Source: a virus | Virus record (IMG/VR): IMGVR_UViG_3300036944_000550 | Location: 32,536 to 96,535 of that record | Direction: 5' to 3' (one strand) | DNA length: 64,000 nt | Part shown: positions 7,874 through 16,947 of the stretch, one piece after another | How positions within the stretch are numbered: position 1 is the stretch's first letter | How the letters are laid out: each line of letters begins with the position of its first letter | Notes under the pieces: model-generated | Told to the model about the DNA's origin: nothing | The model's input: the letters and a program-made list of their open reading frames with translations, nothing else | Database searches by the model: none | Made by a program: the position numbers and the translations under genes

Positions 7874-9907
7874 TTATGCTGTCCTTATCCACAATTTAAC
7901 AGATGACACTGTTTCTTTAGTTGCTTGTATTGTTGCGCCGGAATATGTTCCTATAAAGTTATTTATATAACTCCCCAAGTAATTTCCAGTGTAATTTGTT
8001 GTTCCAGTGTAAAAACCAGTATATGCTATTCCTACGCCAGTGAAATACCCTGTATAGGTTCCAGTGTACGCTGTTCCAGTAAAGGTTGCAGAATATGGAG
8101 TTCCTGGAGTTCCGCTGAAAAACCCTGAGTACGCTGGTCCTGGACCAGTATAGAATCCAGTATATGAAGTTCCTGGACCACTGAAAAACCCTGAGTACGC
8201 TGGTCCTGGACCAGTATAGAATCCAGTATATGAAGTTCCTGGACCTGTAGGTCCAGTATAAGTTCCTGCATACGGCTGACCATATGATGGACCTGCTGGA
8301 TTCGAGTATGATGGACCTGCTGGATTCGAATATGATGGACCAGCTGGGTTTGATCCTGCAGGTGTAGAATATGATGGCGGTCCCGCATAGAATCCAGTGT
8401 AATATGCCTTGTCATAACCAGTGACAAAATACAGGGAAGGGCCTTGGAAATTTCCTGCATAACCTAAATTTGATGCATAGAATCCAGCATAATTTTGTGG
8501 TGCCGAAAACTCTCCTATGTAAACTTCTCCAGGTTCATTTGGAGCGATAGGTATCTCAAAGTATCCAGTATAGTTGAGACCTGGACCTGTATAAAACCCA
8601 GTATAGTTTGCAGCAAAGATACCACTAGTATAATATACTACCTGTTCTCTTTGGGGCGGAGGACCATCGTAATTCCCTCCATAACTGCCAGTATATGGTG
8701 TTGAATATGATGGACCTGCTGGATTATTACCTGCTGGATTCGAGTATGATGGACCTGCTGGATTCGAATATGATGGACCAGCAGGTGTAGAATAAAATGG
8801 ACCACCTATGTAATTACCAGTATAATTTGCTCCTGGATTTGCTGGACCCGTATAAGTTAATCCAGTATAATTAGTAGTACTAGAAAAATTACCAGTATAA
8901 TTGCTGGACCCTGTATAGGTTGTTCCAGTATATGCTAAAGGAGAGGAAAAAGATCCAGTATAATTGCTGGAAGTACTATAGGTTGTTCCAGTATATGGGG
9001 AACTATAAGCAGGTCCAGTAAAATTACTGCTGTAATTTCCTGATGCAGAATAAGGCGCAGAATATGGAAAAGGACCAGTATAATTACCAGTATAATTACC
9101 AGTATAATTACTACTGTAATTACCAGCGTAGTTCTGTGGCGTTACTTCTTCGCGAGTATCCGTGAATGTGTTACCTGTTTGAACCCAAGTGCCGCCACTA
9201 GGCGCATCTGATTGGATTTTATAAGTTCCGATACCTGTTTCAATAATTCTATTTCTAAAGACTGGAAGCATCTGTTCGATTTCTGCTTCAGTCATCTGCT
9301 TGCAGTTACCACCATTAAACGTTCTTAGTGGTGTGAGATCCGCTGTTGGTAGTGAAGATGAAACTGTTTTCTGCCACAGATATGTTACAGTGTTTCCACC
9401 TTGTGCTGTATCTGTTAATGTATACCGCGAAACCCAAGTTCCGCCTGATGGTGCAGTTGCTTGCAGTTTATATTGTCCAGCAGTATATGTTGATTCAGAT
9501 ACCATTGCATTAATACACAGATCCATTGTGCTATCAATGTCACCATCTACCATTTCTTCTAGACGAGAATCCCATGCTAATGGTCTGTTGGTAATACTTT
9601 CCACTGCTGCAGCAGTAACCTGTTTAGCAGTGTATGTTGTTGTAGAAACTGCACCAGTAGCAGGATGCGTTCCGATAGATTCGGTTCTTGTCGTATCGAC
9701 AAACGTACCGATCAAAGTTCCTGCACCTGAGTTATTTGTAGTAATATTAATTTCAGCAGTTCCAGTACCATCTGTTACTGCAGCAAACTTTTCTGTGATA
9801 ACATTAGCAATATAATTTTTTACCTCTGCATCGGTCATGGTCTGCAAACCGCTGATGTTTGCAGAAGTGATTGGGGAACCTGTTGCCTTGACCTTTAGAG
9901 GGTTCAT
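7874..9907 (-). CDS. Virion fibre-like protein with YTG and GPSYSNPA repeats
   Basis: N-terminal ~260 aa and the C-terminus closely match 6093-7871, with a long Y/T/G/S/P repeat region between them. Confidence 0.65.
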   Translation of the reverse strand: MNPLKVKATGSPITSANISGLQTMTDAEVKNYIANVITEKFAAVTDGTGTAEINITTNNSGAGTLIGTFVDTTRTESIGTHPATGAVSTTTYTAKQVTAAAVESITNRPLAWDSRLEEMVDGDIDSTMDLCINAMVSESTYTAGQYKLQATAPSGGTWVSRYTLTDTAQGGNTVTYLWQKTVSSSLPTADLTPLRTFNGGNCKQMTEAEIEQMLPVFRNRIIETGIGTYKIQSDAPSGGTWVQTGNTFTDTREEVTPQNYAGNYSSNYTGNYTGNYTGPFPYSAPYSASGNYSSNFTGPAYSSPYTGTTYSTSSNYTGSFSSPLAYTGTTYTGSSNYTGNFSSTTNYTGLTYTGPANPGANYTGNYIGGPFYSTPAGPSYSNPAGPSYSNPAGNNPAGPSYSTPYTGSYGGNYDGPPPQREQVVYYTSGIFAANYTGFYTGPGLNYTGYFEIPIAPNEPGEVYIGEFSAPQNYAGFYASNLGYAGNFQGPSLYFVTGYDKAYYTGFYAGPPSYSTPAGSNPAGPSYSNPAGPSYSNPAGPSYGQPYAGTYTGPTGPGTSYTGFYTGPGPAYSGFFSGPGTSYTGFYTGPGPAYSGFFSGTPGTPYSATFTGTAYTGTYTGYFTGVGIAYTGFYTGTTNYTGNYLGSYINNFIGTYSGATIQATKETVSSVKLWIRTA
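8115..8245. repeat. 66-bp-period tandem duplication encoding GPGTSYTGFYTGPGPAYSGFFS twice
   Basis: Identical 65-bp copies start at 8115 and 8181. Confidence 0.9.
8283..8782. repeat. Two blocks of 24-bp GPSYSNPA repeats (~8283-8344 and ~8706-8782)
   Basis: gatggacctgctggattcga(g/a)tat units, with about 54 bp identical between the two blocks. Confidence 0.85.
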
Positions 9908-9908
9908 T

Positions 9909-10391
9909 TTAGTTTAACCTGTTACCACTCGAGTCATATACAATTAAATTAGTTACACGATACCAATCTACGGCATCTTGTGCAATCAATTCAACAGATG
10001 AATATGGTGATAGATTAACACCAACGTTGACAGTTCCACCGTCAATGACATCTGAAGTATTTGGATACACCTTAATGGTAACTGCTGTGGTATTGATAAC
10101 CTTGATGGTCAAACCAGCGGCAGCAGTCGGGAGTTTTACACCTTGATTTGCTGTTGCTGTTGTGATCATGTTGACAGTTTTTGTCAGCGCAGTAGCATCA
10201 CCTTGAGTGGTTCCTGCTGCTGTAACTGTGCCTGCGACCGATTTGGTCAGGGTTCCGGTAAGTGTTAAATCTGCAAAAGAAGGACTAGCGCCAGATTCAT
10301 ACTTATCTGTATTCAAATTGCTGAAGTTATTATCAACTTCAGTATTCGTCAGCGGAGTCCCCTTTACAGATCTAAGGGTAAGAGTGCTCAT
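9909..10391 (-). CDS. Putative virion structural or fibre-associated protein
   Basis: N-terminal LRSVKGTPLTNTEVDNNF motif typical of phage fibre-like proteins; Thr-rich beta composition. Confidence 0.6.
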   Translation of the reverse strand: MSTLTLRSVKGTPLTNTEVDNNFSNLNTDKYESGASPSFADLTLTGTLTKSVAGTVTAAGTTQGDATALTKTVNMITTATANQGVKLPTAAAGLTIKVINTTAVTIKVYPNTSDVIDGGTVNVGVNLSPYSSVELIAQDAVDWYRVTNLIVYDSSGNRLN

Positions 10392-10397
10392 GCGTTT

Positions 10398-10613
10398 TTA
10401 TCCTTGTTTCTGTAGTATTTTTGTTAGTAAGTTTTTAATCTCAATCATTTCATCCTTAAGATTATTTATATCGTCTCCATATGATTCTATTTGCTTCATA
10501 TGTTGTTTACGAGACTTATATGCATGCAGAGCAGGCAGGTCATTCGAAAGTATTGCCTTCGAATGACCATCACGTTCATACTTTGTTGTATCAGTTAGTT
10601 TAATTCTTGTCAT
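10398..10613 (-). CDS. Small coiled-coil protein following the VrlC-like gene
   Basis: YERDGHSKAILS...INNLKDEMIEIKNLL, a pattern seen at this position in T4-like phages. Confidence 0.6.
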   Translation of the reverse strand: MTRIKLTDTTKYERDGHSKAILSNDLPALHAYKSRKQHMKQIESYGDDINNLKDEMIEIKNLLTKILQKQG

Positions 10614-10614
10614 A

Positions 10615-13600
10615 TTACACCTGCAACGCAATCGCTCTTAGTTCTCTCACGCGAGGAACGACAGAACTATTTGTTGATAGAGGAATAACCTTTACTGCGA
10701 AACTTTTATATCCGCTGTAAGTAGCACTTCCTACTGTGTATTCAAGAACTCCAGCATTTTTATTTGCTGTCGGTATGGTATACTGATATTCAACATAACC
10801 AGATTTTGCTGTGGTGCTAAGAGGTGGATTTACTGCCTCTAATTCGATCCAAGCAAGATCATCAAAGTTCGAGGGATCTGTTGCTTCTTGGAATTTACCA
10901 TATACCTTAACATCACAACCAACAGGAATCTGATTGCTCAAATATACCTTTAGATCTTCTGCATCTTGACCATCATCAAGAACAACCCTACGAGAGATAT
11001 ACTTAGAAGCAGCGGAACCGTTGTTTCCAGTTTCAGTAGTAGTAAGATTATTTACATCATTGGCAATTGCGATTATAGAACATTTTCTAGTATCGATTAC
11101 AGGCGAAACAGTTGATGTTTGTGTCATCATACCTGCTCTAACTGTCAGAGATTTATCACCATCCAAATCTGTTTGTTCATTTGAGTACGAATAGATTTGT
11201 GCTTCATATGATAACTCATACTCCTGCCCGAAATTGATTCCCTCAAACGTAGTTCCGCCAGCACCTGCACCAGTTGCAGTTGGTGCAACTGACCAAGAAA
11301 TTGTTGCAGGAGTATGATCAATAGAACCGATATTGGTTTCAAGGACATTAAGTTGCTTATTTTCGATTTCTGTGATTTCAGCATAAGATGTACCGTTACC
11401 AATAATATCAGCAGCAGTGAATGAACCCAGATTTACTAGAATCTTACCTACATTGTATAGGGAATCATATTGTTTAACAAATCCTCTATTCAAAGTTACT
11501 GCTACTGCTGCAGCAGAACCACTACCACTCGAGATAGTTAGTCTTGGATTGGATGTGGTCACATATGTCAGACCTGTCAACGTACCAGCAGTAGTTACGA
11601 TTGCTGCACCGCCAGAAGTTTGAAGAGTGAATCCAGTAACATTTGGTGACGTTCCAGTTACTGCAGAAACTTTGTAGACAGTTCCTGATGTGTATCCAGT
11701 AATGGTGCCTGTACCTGCACGAGTACCAGTAATTGTTACAGTATCACCAACAGATAGCGACGATGCGCCACAAGTAAACTGCCCAGCAGTACCAGAAGTA
11801 GCAACAGTCGCTGCCAGAGTTCCAGTCGTTGTATTATATCCCGCTCCTGGATTTATAACTGCAACATTTGTTACTGATCCGCCTGCGATTGTTACCGCAA
11901 CAGTTGCATTTGTAGTAGCACCACCACCTGAAAGAGTATGTGTAATAGTTCCGTTCGTATAACCAGTACCTGCATTCGTAATATTGAAGGAGAATCCGTG
12001 AATTACATCACCTGCTTCAAAGTTTCCGTTCGTAAACGAATCGAATTTCAGGAAGTCGACATCCATGTTTCTCATCACAAGCGAACCAACTGTATTGATT
12101 TCAAAGTTTGCACGACGTAACGTAAACTTAATATCTTCTGCTTGGTGTGCTGTCCAAGATCTATCATTTGCAGATGTAAATAGAAGACCTACGTGTGGTT
12201 GCTCAGAAATTCTATTCTCTGTGCCGAGTTCGTTCTCGCCCAATTCAGAAACCCAAATATTATAATCTGGATTATTACCTGCAGGAAGAAGAACAAAACA
12301 GTATTCCGTATTGTTCTGAAGATATACAGGTGATGGGAAAGTGAATGTTGTTGCAGTTGCAGCGGTTTCACTCACAGAAACGTCAGCAGGATTTAGTGTT
12401 ACTTCACCAAACGGAATAACTCTATTACCAGGATATCCATTTACCACTTCTCTTAGTTGGAGAGTAATTGGTGCACTAGATGACTTGGTTCTGAAATATA
12501 CATCAAGATTGGTAGCATAACAACCGAATGGCATACCTTCGACATAGAAGGTCTGTGCAATAGGATCTCGTCCTCGAACTGGTGGCGCGCAAGGATTTAC
12601 TGTGTTACAAATTTCAGGAAGTGATATTGTTTCAAAACTTCCAAAAACGAGACCACCGAAACCACCGAAACCACCTATTTGAATTTCTTGTGCAGGCGTG
12701 CAAGTTGTTACTGGTTCGCAAGGATTTGGAGTTGGAGTTTCGGCAACGGGCACGACAGGTGCGGTTGGTGTTGGTGGTGGAGTTGGTGTAATAACAGGAG
12801 GATCTGCAACAACAACTGGCGGTAACGTAGGAGGAGGAGGTGTTCCTGGTGGTGGTGGAGGAGGTGGCGGAGGAGGTGGTGTAATCACGGTATTTTCAAT
12901 ATTTGTTATGTTATTAACCGTCGTAAATGTATTATTTACTGTTGTTTGGACAACACCAACATTTCTATCTGCTAATCTATTTTCAGTAGTAGATGTTTCA
13001 AATACTGATCTTGAATCAGAAACATTGTTGATCGCCACGTTAGCAACACGAGTCGATACGACTGTGTCTTGGACAGATTGTGACAATCCATTTGCTGACC
13101 ATGTTTGCGTGGACGCAGTTGTTATGAACGTATCGCGGTTAAATTCATCATCACAGAGACGGAAATTCTTATCACCAGTACGGAATGTTGCTGCTGGAAT
13201 TCTAAATTGTCCTACGCAAATACCCTGAGCATTTGTAATTAGCGAGGCACCATAAGCACCCGAATTGCCAGCAATCGCATATGAAGAATACGCTGCAGGA
13301 TCCGTTGGTGGAATATCCGTAGTTGGATCAAAACTCAGTGGTCTACAATGTGTCGCAACACCAATACCATCAAAGAATGGGAATACTCGTGTATTTGGTT
13401 TCATTCTTTTTGCGATGAAGGTTATGACAACTGACCGCATGAACGGAATGATGGAAGTATCTGTTACGCGAGCACCAATTCTCTGACTTTGCGTTTCCGG
13501 AGTTACTGAAATAGAAACACCTTGACGAGTTTGGCGCTGTTCGGTGGTAGTAGTTATAACTTGTGTTTGTTCTTGGAATAGTGTATCACCACGTATTTGT

Positions 13601-16600
13601 GTATTACCAGCGACAGTTTGTGAGGTTTGTCCTGTGGCAGTTCTTCCAGTTACTACATCTTGCCAATCACCATACTGAGTTCCCCATGCATCTGCCATGG
13701 TTTCCCAAGCATCATAATTTCCATCGAAGTTTACACTTACATCTGGTTGCATTGAGGTATCCGTCCAGTTATCAACTGGTGGATCTAGTTCCATATTTCC
13801 GATGTAGTTAAAGAGTAACTCCCCGACACAATTTCTCGGTTTAGAGGCCGATGTATTTTCTGTCATCATGATATTAGTATACGGGAGGGTTATCAAGTCG
13901 CCCGTCTTATATACGTTTGTTGAGTTGGTATAATCAAAAGCGAGATCGATATTTTCTAGATAGAAGAAAGGACGCAGTTCTTTTTTTACTGGATCAATTG
14001 AGATATGATATGCACTATCAAAAACATTACCGATATTATGTCCAGTAAACGCATCAACTAGGATACCGTTTTTAAAACGATCAAGTCCAGAACCATCAGG
14101 TATAGACAAATCACTGGCCGCTTTTTCTAATAGCGTCAACGATGTATAATACTCAAGACGGTTGATTCGTTGTTCTAGAACACCGATGTCGCGCATAGTA
14201 TATCGACGATTATCAATGCTTCGGAATGTCACACCATAATCTGGACGATTTACGCTCTTCGCAACATTAGGAGCGAGTGATGGATATGGTGGAATTGTTA
14301 TGATTGCCAGTGACATGCAATTATCTGGTTCAGCAGGAATTCCAGGAATCAGTGATGGTGTACCATATATCGTACTGAATACACCTTCGGAGTCAATGAT
14401 CAGTCGATCTGTTCTTCCGAGATAATACTCTAGATCAGTAATAAACTGTTCGGTTGGAACTGGATTTGTGATACCAACGGAAGGAGCAGATAAGGTTGTG
14501 CTCTCAGTAGGATTAGTTGTTGCAGATCCTACAGTGGTAGAATTCGCTGCAGAATCTGCATAACGAACACGGAAATCTAAAGTATCACGCAAGTCAAATG
14601 ATTCACCTGTCAGCGGCGATCTATAAATTGGAATATCCTGCGTCTTAATTGTTCCTGCGGCCGCACCAGTATCATCAATCGGATATGAGTCAACAACAAA
14701 GAAAGTACCGTCTGCAGAAGCACCATCGTGGGTGAAGAAATCTAATTTGATAACCAATTTCTTATTCGTAAGTGACGGTGCACTAGGTTTCTTGATAATT
14801 TTGGCATTGCGATATTCATTATCACGTTGACCATTATCGAGAGTAAACGAAGAAGCAATGTCTACACCAGCAGCAACTACTGCAGCATCAGTATCAGTAT
14901 TAGCACCAATAAAAATATTTTTAATTTGATACACATCTGACAGACCAAGTGAATACGTACCAGTATTTGTTGATGGGTGGGTATTCGTATTGATAATTGC
15001 GTAACGATCTTCACGAAGAACCTTTAAAATAGGTTGCGCATTAGCAGTCTGAACATTTACATAAAGTTTAACCTGCTTTGGTGCAGCGGCAAGACTTCCT
15101 GTAAGATCAATAGTGATTGATTGTGCCGAGTTCTTTGTGAATGTTGCCTCAACCGTAGTAAGATTAATTATCGATCCAATTGGACGACTATCACCATCAA
15201 TGGTAGCCGCTTCTTTCATCACCATAGTGAAATTATTGTTTCTGATTGTATTAGTAAACGAATCATATGGGAAAGTTTCGTCACCACTTAGAGTTATGGT
15301 AACTCCACCAGTAATGCTTAATTCACCGTCGAATTCTTTGGTGTAGATAAATGAGTTATCATAAACTGCACTGGGAGCAATAGTTTTCGTTGCTCGAGCA
15401 GGAATTCTATATAGAGATTTGTTGAAACTTGTTTCTTGTAGAACAGCATTACCACCTACGAGAACAATATCGGCATGACCATCAGCAGTATCATTATAGA
15501 AGATACCGCGAACATCCTTAAAATCTCCACTTGACATTGCAATGTCATAGAGATATAAACGATATTCTGCCGCAGCAGTTCCAACTGTTCCAGATTCATA
15601 TACAATCTGTTTTACGCGAGCAGTACCAACCTGAGATCCCGCTGCAGCAGTTGCAGAAAATGTAGTTGCAGTGATTGCTCCTGCTGCTATACTGCGAAGA
15701 CTGACTTTATCGCCAGTGTTTAAATCCCACATCCCGCAGAATTCGTCTACGAGAATATAGTTACCATACGCAGTACTAATTGGAATTTCTTGTTGATTTA
15801 CTGTTGTCAATCCCTTTGGAACAACAACGTATTCTGTTTGGAATGTTTCATGCTCATATCCGCGAACATATGCTTTACCTGCTTCAAGACCGATAGCAAG
15901 AAGATCTTTGCTACCACCACGTTCTGGATCGACAGTGTTTAGTGTTCGTAAACCATTGTTATCGTCAACATTAAGATGCTCTTTAATCAAAACAGGGAAT
16001 TGTCTTACTGCATAATTACCTGACTCGTCATATGTGCGTCTCGCCATGTTCTTACCGAGTTCGCCATAGATATTTGCAGTGTAAATTCTTTGGACTTCTC
16101 CACTTATGATTTCAACCAATTGGTTAAACGTGGGAGGAATTGTGTCAGTTGATTCATATGCAACAAGCGTAGTTGTTACTTGGTATCTATCTGCCCCTGG
16201 AGCAGCATAGTTGAAAGATCCTTGTGCAGGATCTAGTAAAGTTTGATCATCTTCAGCAGAAACTGTATCTTCTACGATCTGGAATCCAACCTTTACAGAT
16301 GGTAGATTGGAATACTTAGAAAGTATGATTGTTTGTGTTTCGTGATTGACGAATTTACCATCAATATACACAATACCGTCATCAACAGTCAACGCAGAAG
16401 CAAGACCCCAATAACTGTTAGTTGGTTCTGCTTCATCATATGTGGTATCAACAACAAATGTATCACCGTTTCTGCCCGCAGTCGTGGAAGTTACAGTAAG
16501 AGTTTCACCCCCTGTGAAGTGAACCGCAGTCGTAGATCCATCACCGCTTGTATAGCGAAGATATAGTGTTTTCAAGTCAGGAGATTCTGCTTGAGTACCA

Positions 16601-16932
16601 GTTGCTGCATCAAGAATTACTGCGGTGATTCCTGATGTTGCACCAGTTACCGTATCGCCAATATAATCTACTAGTGTGTCATTATCTACTCCAGCATCAA
16701 GGATCTTAACGAATGCTCTCTGAGAATCCAGTTTGAATTCACAACCTTGGACGACTGAACCATTCTTGAAAATATGGTTTCCGAATTTACCAATTTGAGA
16801 TTGCAACAGAGTTTGTAGTTGCGTAAGTTCGCGTGCCTGTACTGCATATCCAGGACGGAACAAAACTCGATTGAAATTTTTTGCATCGTCAAAGTCATCA
16901 TAGTATGGAGATACATTTAAATTCAGTGCCAT
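10615..16932 (-). CDS. Large virion structural protein (VrlC/DUF4815-type)
   Basis: N-terminal LNVSPYYDDF...VLFRPGYAVQARELTQLQ, NYAAPGADR, DRFKNGILVD, DPIAQTF, C-terminal VPRVRELRAIAL. Confidence 0.85.
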   Translation of the reverse strand: MALNLNVSPYYDDFDDAKNFNRVLFRPGYAVQARELTQLQTLLQSQIGKFGNHIFKNGSVVQGCEFKLDSQRAFVKILDAGVDNDTLVDYIGDTVTGATSGITAVILDAATGTQAESPDLKTLYLRYTSGDGSTTAVHFTGGETLTVTSTTAGRNGDTFVVDTTYDEAEPTNSYWGLASALTVDDGIVYIDGKFVNHETQTIILSKYSNLPSVKVGFQIVEDTVSAEDDQTLLDPAQGSFNYAAPGADRYQVTTTLVAYESTDTIPPTFNQLVEIISGEVQRIYTANIYGELGKNMARRTYDESGNYAVRQFPVLIKEHLNVDDNNGLRTLNTVDPERGGSKDLLAIGLEAGKAYVRGYEHETFQTEYVVVPKGLTTVNQQEIPISTAYGNYILVDEFCGMWDLNTGDKVSLRSIAAGAITATTFSATAAAGSQVGTARVKQIVYESGTVGTAAAEYRLYLYDIAMSSGDFKDVRGIFYNDTADGHADIVLVGGNAVLQETSFNKSLYRIPARATKTIAPSAVYDNSFIYTKEFDGELSITGGVTITLSGDETFPYDSFTNTIRNNNFTMVMKEAATIDGDSRPIGSIINLTTVEATFTKNSAQSITIDLTGSLAAAPKQVKLYVNVQTANAQPILKVLREDRYAIINTNTHPSTNTGTYSLGLSDVYQIKNIFIGANTDTDAAVVAAGVDIASSFTLDNGQRDNEYRNAKIIKKPSAPSLTNKKLVIKLDFFTHDGASADGTFFVVDSYPIDDTGAAAGTIKTQDIPIYRSPLTGESFDLRDTLDFRVRYADSAANSTTVGSATTNPTESTTLSAPSVGITNPVPTEQFITDLEYYLGRTDRLIIDSEGVFSTIYGTPSLIPGIPAEPDNCMSLAIITIPPYPSLAPNVAKSVNRPDYGVTFRSIDNRRYTMRDIGVLEQRINRLEYYTSLTLLEKAASDLSIPDGSGLDRFKNGILVDAFTGHNIGNVFDSAYHISIDPVKKELRPFFYLENIDLAFDYTNSTNVYKTGDLITLPYTNIMMTENTSASKPRNCVGELLFNYIGNMELDPPVDNWTDTSMQPDVSVNFDGNYDAWETMADAWGTQYGDWQDVVTGRTATGQTSQTVAGNTQIRGDTLFQEQTQVITTTTEQRQTRQGVSISVTPETQSQRIGARVTDTSIIPFMRSVVITFIAKRMKPNTRVFPFFDGIGVATHCRPLSFDPTTDIPPTDPAAYSSYAIAGNSGAYGASLITNAQGICVGQFRIPAATFRTGDKNFRLCDDEFNRDTFITTASTQTWSANGLSQSVQDTVVSTRVANVAINNVSDSRSVFETSTTENRLADRNVGVVQTTVNNTFTTVNNITNIENTVITPPPPPPPPPPPGTPPPPTLPPVVVADPPVITPTPPPTPTAPVVPVAETPTPNPCEPVTTCTPAQEIQIGGFGGFGGLVFGSFETISLPEICNTVNPCAPPVRGRDPIAQTFYVEGMPFGCYATNLDVYFRTKSSSAPITLQLREVVNGYPGNRVIPFGEVTLNPADVSVSETAATATTFTFPSPVYLQNNTEYCFVLLPAGNNPDYNIWVSELGENELGTENRISEQPHVGLLFTSANDRSWTAHQAEDIKFTLRRANFEINTVGSLVMRNMDVDFLKFDSFTNGNFEAGDVIHGFSFNITNAGTGYTNGTITHTLSGGGATTNATVAVTIAGGSVTNVAVINPGAGYNTTTGTLAATVATSGTAGQFTCGASSLSVGDTVTITGTRAGTGTITGYTSGTVYKVSAVTGTSPNVTGFTLQTSGGAAIVTTAGTLTGLTYVTTSNPRLTISSGSGSAAAVAVTLNRGFVKQYDSLYNVGKILVNLGSFTAADIIGNGTSYAEITEIENKQLNVLETNIGSIDHTPATISWSVAPTATGAGAGGTTFEGINFGQEYELSYEAQIYSYSNEQTDLDGDKSLTVRAGMMTQTSTVSPVIDTRKCSIIAIANDVNNLTTTETGNNGSAASKYISRRVVLDDGQDAEDLKVYLSNQIPVGCDVKVYGKFQEATDPSNFDDLAWIELEAVNPPLSTTAKSGYVEYQYTIPTANKNAGVLEYTVGSATYSGYKSFAVKVIPLSTNSSVVPRVRELRAIALQV
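11552..11830 (-). repeat. ~92-codon module also present at ~21390-21668
   Basis: [16 protein letters not shown]...[19 protein letters not shown]...[11 protein letters not shown] occurs in both proteins, with the shared identical DNA run acatatgtcagacctgtcaacgtaccag. Confidence 0.9.
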
Positions 16933-16947
16933 ATTTTATGTTCTCTC

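Noticed and set aside
6100-9140. Regular short DNA repeats resembling a CRISPR array or DGR template/variable repeats
   Set aside because: The repeats are in-frame codon repeats inside long ORFs with no unique spacers, and no cas or reverse transcriptase gene is in the window.
12698-13228. Gly/Val-rich plus-strand ORF and similar antisense ORFs (e.g. 9300-9815, 26144-26743)
   Set aside because: These are shadow frames of Pro/Thr-rich minus-strand structural genes.
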